From Polyangiaceae bacterium (lineage in GTDB: Bacteria; Myxococcota_A; Polyangia; Polyangiales; Polyangiaceae): a stretch of DNA of 64,000 nt. Below are positions 57,607-64,000 of the stretch, piece after piece. Numbering within the stretch: the first letter of the stretch is position 1; each line of letters opens with the position of its first letter. The translations under genes and the position numbers were made by a program. The notes below the pieces were generated by a model. The model had not been told where the DNA came from and made no database searches. It saw only the letters and a list, made by a program, of their open reading frames with translations. The DNA lies in the NCBI GenBank assembly GCA_965222375.1, contig CBDCTZ010000016.1, positions 1,216,001 through 1,280,000 of the forward strand. The letters are read 5' to 3'.

Positions 57607-59619
57607 ATGCAAGACGGACAAGAGCGCCGCGCGCAAGGAATGAGGCGCGTCCCAGTAGAAGCCCTGGTCGAGATCTGCGGGCGTGAGAGCGGTGGCGCCC
57701 CCCCATTTGAGGCCGAATCCGTGGACGTGAGCGGACGGGGGATGCACGTCCGAACGGCCTACTTGCCTGAGGTTGGCGCGCCGCTGGTGTGCCGCTTCGA
57801 GGATTCGGGCCGCGAGATCGTCGTGGAGGGAGAGGTCGCCTGGAGCGCTCCTGCAGACCGCGGCGGCGAATTTGGAATCAAGTTCACCGCTTTGGATAGC
57901 GGCAGCGTGGACGCGCTGCGAGACTTGTGCGCCCGGGAAATCACACGAATCGAGTCCGAGAAGCCGCCCGTCGTGGAGGACGTTGCGGAGGATCCGCCAG
58001 CGATCGAAGAGCCGCCTGAGACGCACGCGCCGGGGAGCCGGGTGCGGCTTCACATCGACGGCCTGGGTGCCCCGATGAAGGCGTCCGTGCGGGAAGGTAC
58101 GTCGAGGCGTCTGCACGTTGCGTCCAATCTGGAGTTCTTGAAAGTCGGCCGTACCCTCCAGTTGGAAGGTGGCGGCGGCGAGCGACGCCCGGCGCGGATC
58201 CACGCGGTGGACGTGATGGTGGACCCTTCCACGCAGGTGCCGCAGCTCGTGGTGTCCTTGAAGTTCCAAGACGTAGACGAAGTCACGCCGGAACCGAGTG
58301 TGATTGATAGTGCGGCATCCGTGACGCCGCGCTCACCGCAGCTGCCGCTGGATACGGCCTTCGAGGCCGTGGACGCAGGGGATGCGCATACGGACGACGA
58401 TTTCGATCTGGATGAGCCTGGCCCGGAACCCGGCGAGGCCCCGGCCGAATTTGCCGACTCTGACGAAGACGAGATCATCGACGAAGCTGGACGCTTCTCG
58501 ACTCGGATGAGCCGTGCGGCCACGGTTGCGGGTGCCCAAGCCAAGCGCGCCGGTGAGACCGCGGCACATTTGAGTGTAGCGGCGGGCAAAGGTATGGGGC
58601 GGCTGTTCAAAGGCGCCAGTCAGCGTTTGGGGGAGTACCGAAAGTCCCGCGCGGAAGGCCAGGGGCGGCCGCGTCGCACCACCGCGCCACCGCCCTCGGG
58701 CACCCTGTCGGCTAGTGGACGAACCCTGCGCAGGCAGGCCGAGGCTGCTCAGGCATCCAACGCACCCACTTCTGCCAAGGCCGACAAAGCTGGTGGAGGA
58801 TTGAAGAGCAAGCGGACCAAGAAGATTGCCGGAGCTGTGGCTCTGGCGCTGCTGGTGACCACGGTCAGCGTGATCGCGATGAAAAAGCCGGCGGCTCCTC
58901 CTGGCGCCGATGTGGACGCACCGGCGGCGAGCAAGACCGTGGCGGCGGAGTCGCCCGCGGGGGACGTGACCCAGGTCGATGATCAAGGCAACCCCATCGC
59001 GCCTGCCGCCGCCCCAGCGCCTGCCGCGCCCGCCAAGCTGAAAGACGCGCCCCCCGTCGAGCCTGGAGGCATCAGTGCCGACGTGCCTCTGTTCGGGCCC
59101 ACGCCCATGGCGACCATGGAGCCGGCTCCCCTCGGGCCACCCCCTGAGCTGGGAGCACCGGCTGCAGCGGCTGCGCAGAGCGAAGAGGAAAAAGAGAAAG
59201 CCGCAGCCAGCGCTGCCGTAGATGAGAAGTTCGAGGATAGCGGCAAGAAATCTCGCAAAAAGGCGAAGGCGAATCCCCGCAGCGTCAAACCCTGGGGAAC
59301 GGGCCGAGTGCGGACTCCTACCATCCACCGCCTGCGCTTGGATCAACCTGGCGGCGCGATCAAAGGCGCCAAGAACCCGACGGGCTTCACGGTGGTGGTT
59401 CCCGGCGTGAAGGTCATGGAATCCGCCAGCGGAATCAAAAAGCGTGACTCCCGCATCGCTCGGGTTCGCACCCGCAATGGCTCCTACGGCGCGGAGATCA
59501 CGTTCCAGTTTCGCAACAGCGTACCCGGATACCGCGTGCGACTCCGGAAGGACTACGTCGAGTTCTTGATCAGCGCTCCAAAGAAGAGTGGCGTTTCTAG
59601 CTCCAAGAAGAAGCGGTAG
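57607..59619 (+). CDS. PilZ domain membrane protein
   Basis: RRAQGMRR and DVSGRG, GEVAW, FGIKF, TM helix, Pro/Ala linker, basic C-terminal domain. AGGAG RBS. Confidence 0.8.
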   Translation: MQDGQERRAQGMRRVPVEALVEICGRESGGAPPFEAESVDVSGRGMHVRTAYLPEVGAPLVCRFEDSGREIVVEGEVAWSAPADRGGEFGIKFTALDSGSVDALRDLCAREITRIESEKPPVVEDVAEDPPAIEEPPETHAPGSRVRLHIDGLGAPMKASVREGTSRRLHVASNLEFLKVGRTLQLEGGGGERRPARIHAVDVMVDPSTQVPQLVVSLKFQDVDEVTPEPSVIDSAASVTPRSPQLPLDTAFEAVDAGDAHTDDDFDLDEPGPEPGEAPAEFADSDEDEIIDEAGRFSTRMSRAATVAGAQAKRAGETAAHLSVAAGKGMGRLFKGASQRLGEYRKSRAEGQGRPRRTTAPPPSGTLSASGRTLRRQAEAAQASNAPTSAKADKAGGGLKSKRTKKIAGAVALALLVTTVSVIAMKKPAAPPGADVDAPAASKTVAAESPAGDVTQVDDQGNPIAPAAAPAPAAPAKLKDAPPVEPGGISADVPLFGPTPMATMEPAPLGPPPELGAPAAAAAQSEEEKEKAAASAAVDEKFEDSGKKSRKKAKANPRSVKPWGTGRVRTPTIHRLRLDQPGGAIKGAKNPTGFTVVVPGVKVMESASGIKKRDSRIARVRTRNGSYGAEITFQFRNSVPGYRVRLRKDYVEFLISAPKKSGVSSSKKKR

Positions 59620-59708
59620 CTAGCGGAGTTGCCTTGCGACAGCTTGCCTCGTAGCCGTCGACGCGTCGCGGCGTGGCGGATTGCCCGTCGCGGCGCTACA
59701 CTTCTAGA

Positions 59709-60338
59709 GTGCCCCGGTTTTGTTTGCTCGCCGCGGCTCTGTTGGTCCTGGCGTGTAACCCCGCGCAGCAAGCGGCGCCCGCCGCGCCAGACCAGGCGGA
59801 GTCCGCGCCGCTATCGCTGTACAATCCAGTCCCCGTCGTCGTCAGTGTGGACTTGGATGAGCTGCGCTTCGTGGGAATGGACGATGGGCCTGTGCCCGAC
59901 TTTCGGGTCCGAACGCCCGACGGCAAGACCATCGAGTCCAGCGACCTGGTTGGGGATCGCGCGTTTGTCGTGGTCTTCTTTGCGACCTGGTGCCCCGACT
60001 GTGACGCCAAGCTCCGAGCTTTGAGTCGGGCACTACATCGAAGTGGCGCGTCAATCACGGTCTTTGGTGTCTCCTTGGACGACGCGAGGACCTGGCATCG
60101 CGTACCCGGTTACGTCAAGGGGCGCGGTCTCGACATGCCGGTGGCCTCCGCCCTGGAAAACCCAGCTTTCTTCCTGTCCTACAACCCTTTCGACACGGTG
60201 CCCTTGGTTGTCGTCGTGGGGCAGAACGGCGGCCTGGTGGACTACCAGTTGGGCCTGAAGCCCGGTGACGAAAAACGGCTGGTCGCTGCCTTGGACCTCG
60301 CCAAGCGGATTGGTCCCCTGAAGCGCCAGTCGCCCTAA
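59709..60338 (+). CDS. TlpA-like thioredoxin lipoprotein
   Basis: VLAC lipobox, FFATWCPDC, GVSLD, VP. Confidence 0.85.
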   Translation: MPRFCLLAAALLVLACNPAQQAAPAAPDQAESAPLSLYNPVPVVVSVDLDELRFVGMDDGPVPDFRVRTPDGKTIESSDLVGDRAFVVVFFATWCPDCDAKLRALSRALHRSGASITVFGVSLDDARTWHRVPGYVKGRGLDMPVASALENPAFFLSYNPFDTVPLVVVVGQNGGLVDYQLGLKPGDEKRLVAALDLAKRIGPLKRQSP

Positions 60339-61387
60339 CGCCGGCCGGCGCCTTTGCGTGTGACCGTCAAGAGCGCGGTGTGGGGGCTGGTCTCAATGCT
60401 CAGCAGCTCGTTCTCTCCGCGAGCGAGACGATGGCTTCCCGCGTAGGCGATCATTGCCGCGTTGTCGGTGCAGGCGACAACGGGTGGGATGCAGAGCTTC
60501 AGCCCGGCCCGTGCCGCGGCTTCCGCGGCCGTCTGCCTCAGCTGTCGATTCGCTGCTACGCCACCGGCCAGCACCACCGTGCCGACCTGTTCGCGCTTCG
60601 CCGCACGCATGCTCTTGTCGACCAAAGTGTCGACGACCCGAGACTGAAACGCGGCGCATAGATCTCGGAGGGAAGAGTCATCTCCAGGGCGCCCGTGGTC
60701 GCGTACCCAGCGCATGACCTGGGTCTTCAGTCCAGAGAAGCTGAACTCGAAAGAGCGACGCGCCGGCATCGGCTTGGAGAGCGCAATCACACTGGGATCG
60801 CCCTCCCCAGCGAGGCGGTCGACCACGGGTCCGCCGGGATACCCCAGACCGAGGAGCTTCGCGACTTTGTCGAAGGCTTCGCCGGCGGCGTCGTCACGGG
60901 TGGCGCCTAATTCTTGGATTTGATCCAGATCGAACCCATCCACGCGGTAGAGGGCAGTGTGGCCACCGGACGCCAGCAAGGCGACAAAGGGCAACTCAGG
61001 CGGTGGGGCGCTGTTCGGGAGTCTCAGGAAGGCGGCTAGCAGGTGGCCGACGAGGTGGTCGACTCCGACGATGGGCTTGCTGAGCGCCCAGGCCAAACCG
61101 CGAGCGTAGCCCGTTCCGACCAGAAGGGCGCCACTCAGGCCGGGGCGACACGTGACCGCGATCCCGTCGATTTCCGCAAAGTCGAGCTGCGCTTTCTGCA
61201 GCGCCTGTTCGACCACGGGATCCAGATTCTGCATATGATCCCGAGAGGCAAGCTCGGGCACGATGCCGCCGTAGGGTGCGTGCACTTCGATCTGCGTGTG
61301 CACCACCTGCGACGACACCGTGCCATCCGACTGCACCACCGCCGCTGCGGTTTCGTCGCAGGACGTTTCGATGCCGAGTACGCGCAT
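60335..61387 (-). CDS. tsaD: tRNA N6-adenosine threonylcarbamoyltransferase
   Basis: LGIETSCDETAAA, GGIVPELASRDH, HLVGH, SGGHT, DDAAGEAFDK, DNAAMIA. Confidence 0.97.
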   Translation of the reverse strand: MRVLGIETSCDETAAAVVQSDGTVSSQVVHTQIEVHAPYGGIVPELASRDHMQNLDPVVEQALQKAQLDFAEIDGIAVTCRPGLSGALLVGTGYARGLAWALSKPIVGVDHLVGHLLAAFLRLPNSAPPPELPFVALLASGGHTALYRVDGFDLDQIQELGATRDDAAGEAFDKVAKLLGLGYPGGPVVDRLAGEGDPSVIALSKPMPARRSFEFSFSGLKTQVMRWVRDHGRPGDDSSLRDLCAAFQSRVVDTLVDKSMRAAKREQVGTVVLAGGVAANRQLRQTAAEAAARAGLKLCIPPVVACTDNAAMIAYAGSHRLARGENELLSIETSPHTALLTVTRKGAGRR

Positions 61388-61893
61388 CAAATTCCGCAGT
61401 CGCCCGAACGCCGCTCGAGCTGGAACAGAGCGAAGCCTGGCGAGGCGTCACTCGCTGGTGGGGGCTTCAGCAATCGGATTTCCACGCTGTCGTTCTTCAT
61501 CAGAGACAAGACGCCAAGCACGGGGCCCTCGCAGGTCGACTCGATCCAAACTACGAGGTTTTCGTCCCGGCCAGTTCCGAAATCCAGCGTCGAGAGTAGG
61601 TCGTTCTGAACTTCGTCGCTAGCGCGCATGACAGCGTTTTCGAAGCGCGGCCGATCCGTACACGGGCTCGAGGCGGCATCGTCGGTCGTGATGGTCCCCG
61701 GCGTGCTCGCCCAGTTGCTCATGTCCAGTTCGAGCCGGAGGCGCATGTCCGGGGGATAGCCTTGGCGTACGAACTGAGCGCTTACGATGGAGCCGCAGTA
61801 GGCATCATCTCCGGTCGTATCAAAGCGGTCGAGGGTACGGCAGCCCGTCAGCGCTACGAGGCTCAGCATGCAGGAGAGGACAGCCGCCTTCAT
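61387..61893 (-). CDS. Lipoprotein, unknown function
   Basis: LTGC lipobox. Overlaps its neighbours at both ends. Confidence 0.75.
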   Translation of the reverse strand: MKAAVLSCMLSLVALTGCRTLDRFDTTGDDAYCGSIVSAQFVRQGYPPDMRLRLELDMSNWASTPGTITTDDAASSPCTDRPRFENAVMRASDEVQNDLLSTLDFGTGRDENLVVWIESTCEGPVLGVLSLMKNDSVEIRLLKPPPASDASPGFALFQLERRSGDCGI

Positions 61894-63998
61894 CGCTTCC
61901 CCGACCCACCTTGGAGCAAAGATGCTGCCGTTTTTCGAACCCGAGCTTCTTCGTCCTTGTCCGCGACCTTGCGCAGGGTCGCCGCGGCGCCGCCGGCATC
62001 CACGGCGTGGAGCGCTCGCACCGCGGCTTCGCGAACGAGGGCGACCTTGTCGCGAGTGGCGGCCTCGGTCAGGGCCTTGGACGCCCTACCTCGATCTGCT
62101 CCGGTGGCCACGGCGGCCAGGGCTCTGGCGGCGCGCACTCGAATCGGCCAGCTCTCCGAGGGTGCGAGCAGTTTGATCACCGCCGCGGACGCCCCGGGCG
62201 GTCGAGCGGCGACAATGGTCTCGAGTGCAGCGCGTCGCACGCTGTTCTCTCTATCCGACAGAGCCGCGAGCACCGCCTTGCGGGCGGCCGATTCGCTTCG
62301 AGTCCCCAACAGGCGTACCGCAAGCACACGGGTGTCGGTGGTTGGATGCGTTGAAAGAACCACGAAGGCAGGGGTCACGGCCTTGGCGATGCCTTCCGCC
62401 GCCTTCTCTGCACGCTTGACCAGAGCGGGGCTTTGCCCCGTGAGTCCAGCCGTCAGCGCGCCGTAGGCTGGCTTGCCGTTGCGTGCCAGCAGCGCTTCCG
62501 CCACCGCTCGCGCGCGATTCTGGGAGCTCTGAGCAGCTGCCACGGCCGCGTTGGACAGTGCGGGCGCGATCTTGAGCAGCGCTTCCGCCCGCTCCTTGGC
62601 GTCGTAGCCCGAGGGCACCAAGCGCCGCAGCAGGTCCGAGACGTCTACACGCGTGTCGGGCACCGCGAAGGGGTCTCGCTGGTTCTTCACCCGTCCGCTC
62701 GCATGCACAACTGCAGCGGCGACCCCGGCGCTCACCATTTCTCGGTTGTCGCTCACCAATGCTTCTGCAATGGCGCGGGGCGCACCGGCGGCGCCCAGCC
62801 GTGACAGTGCTACCAAGGCGGTTGCGCGCACGAGGGGATCGCTGGCTTCGGACAGTTCGGTCAGGACTCCGGTGCTGTCCGCGTGGCCGATCTCACCAAG
62901 GGCGAATGCTGCGGCTGCGCGGGGTGTGGCGCCAGCTTGCAGGGACCGCGCAACGCGATGCAGGGCAGCTTTGGACTTCTTGTCCTTGCTCAGCCCTAGC
63001 CCAAGGGCACCCAGGGCTCGAATGCTCGGAGCTTCACTGGCGAGCATCTTGGTCAGCAGAGGCCGGGCGCTGGGATGGCGCAGCTTGGCCACACCCCAGG
63101 CGGCAGCGGAGACGACCGGGTCCGACTCATCTGCCACGACTTGCCCGCCTGGGGCGAGCAGCTCGGTGATCTTCCCGAGCATGGCTGGGTCCGCCAAAGC
63201 CCCGACGGCGATCATCGCGCGGGCCCGGAGCTCGCTGTCAGCGCTGCCGGTCGCGAAGGCAAAAAGGGCCGGGCCGGCACTCTTGTTCTCGATGTAGGAG
63301 AGCAGCTCGATGGCGATGCGCTGCTGTGACTCCCGCTCGTCTGACAGGGCGTCGAGCAACGGCTTCACGGCGCGTTCGCCGACCTTGCGCAGGGCCTTCC
63401 GCGCCGTTTCCGCTTCCTTGGGATCTTCGCTCTTAGTGCGGTGCGCAAGGGGGAAAGCGATCGCTCCGTAGATGTCGACCAGCAACCTGCGGTAGATCGG
63501 TTTCTGCGGATTGCCGAGGGCAACCGGTAGTAGTTCTTTTTCCAGACTCTCCAGAGTGCCGCGACCCAAATTGACCTGCATGCTCACCCGAGCCGCCTGA
63601 GCGACGAGCTCTTCGTCCGGGGAGGCGCGCATCACCCGGCGCAACAACAGATCCGCTTCTTCCGCTTTGCCCTGGCTGATCAGTAGCTCCGCCAGCTGGA
63701 AGTAGACCGCGAACATTCGGTCGTTCTTCTGAATTGCCTGGCGAAAGGCTGAGATGGCTTTGCCGGTCTCCTGTCGACGTCGGTACATTTCGCCGAGCTT
63801 GCGGTGTCCGTCCGCGTCGTCCGGGGATAGCTCGACTGCCCTTGCCGCATAGCGGATCGCGTCGTCGTCCTGGTACAGCTCAGCGGCGTACTGGGCCATG
63901 CGCTGGTAGGCTTCTCGCGCGCGCTTGGGATCTGCCGAGATCAGCTTCCTCAGCACCGCGATGGCCTGCTTGAGCTTGCGCTGCAATACGAGCACCCG
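61890..63998 (-). CDS. TPR plus HEAT-repeat protein (5'-partial)
   Basis: TPR helices followed by many (V)RAxAAxALG HEAT repeats. Frame is open to the window edge. Confidence 0.85.
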   Translation of the reverse strand, partial: RVLVLQRKLKQAIAVLRKLISADPKRAREAYQRMAQYAAELYQDDDAIRYAARAVELSPDDADGHRKLGEMYRRRQETGKAISAFRQAIQKNDRMFAVYFQLAELLISQGKAEEADLLLRRVMRASPDEELVAQAARVSMQVNLGRGTLESLEKELLPVALGNPQKPIYRRLLVDIYGAIAFPLAHRTKSEDPKEAETARKALRKVGERAVKPLLDALSDERESQQRIAIELLSYIENKSAGPALFAFATGSADSELRARAMIAVGALADPAMLGKITELLAPGGQVVADESDPVVSAAAWGVAKLRHPSARPLLTKMLASEAPSIRALGALGLGLSKDKKSKAALHRVARSLQAGATPRAAAAFALGEIGHADSTGVLTELSEASDPLVRATALVALSRLGAAGAPRAIAEALVSDNREMVSAGVAAAVVHASGRVKNQRDPFAVPDTRVDVSDLLRRLVPSGYDAKERAEALLKIAPALSNAAVAAAQSSQNRARAVAEALLARNGKPAYGALTAGLTGQSPALVKRAEKAAEGIAKAVTPAFVVLSTHPTTDTRVLAVRLLGTRSESAARKAVLAALSDRENSVRRAALETIVAARPPGASAAVIKLLAPSESWPIRVRAARALAAVATGADRGRASKALTEAATRDKVALVREAAVRALHAVDAGGAAATLRKVADKDEEARVRKTAASLLQGGSGKR

Positions 63999-64000
63999 CT

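Overview
High-GC DNA that looks like Myxococcota (Polyangiales-type). The lineage call is an inference from the many Ser/Thr kinases, PEGA/FHA/PilZ proteins and Cys-rich lipoproteins with Gly/Ser linkers. Main finding: a same-strand, mostly translationally coupled cluster at about 3-7098. It encodes an outer-membrane-like protein, a signal peptide/TM-anchored EAD1 plus V8/trypsin-like protease, a caspase-family protease, an unknown 344-aa protein, an MBL-fold hydrolase with two insertion loops, and a patatin phospholipase. Leu/Phe-Glu motifs recur in the predicted linkers of four of these proteins, and the protease has a Glu-specific S1 signature. Together these suggest an envelope-triggered proteolytic defence or cell-death cascade; no STAND, CD-NTase or gasdermin gene is visible in the window. 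12-18 kb holds a FadR/radical SAM/DUF1415 operon, a Rieske gene flanked by two tandem arrays and a 5'-truncated HzsA-like gene. 18-41 kb and 56.5-64 kb are mostly core-like (SurA, vWA/DUF58, kinases, cysH, SDR, TMTC-like, WS/DGAT, FHA, PilZ, tsaD). 41-56.5 kb is a mosaic hypervariable locus with three copies of the FHA gene 3' end, a duplicated vapBC, and a large trypsin lipoprotein followed by three paralogous lipoproteins with variable loops. No rRNA, tRNA, CRISPR array, integrase or transposase was recognised. All calls come from motif reading by eye; no searches were run.
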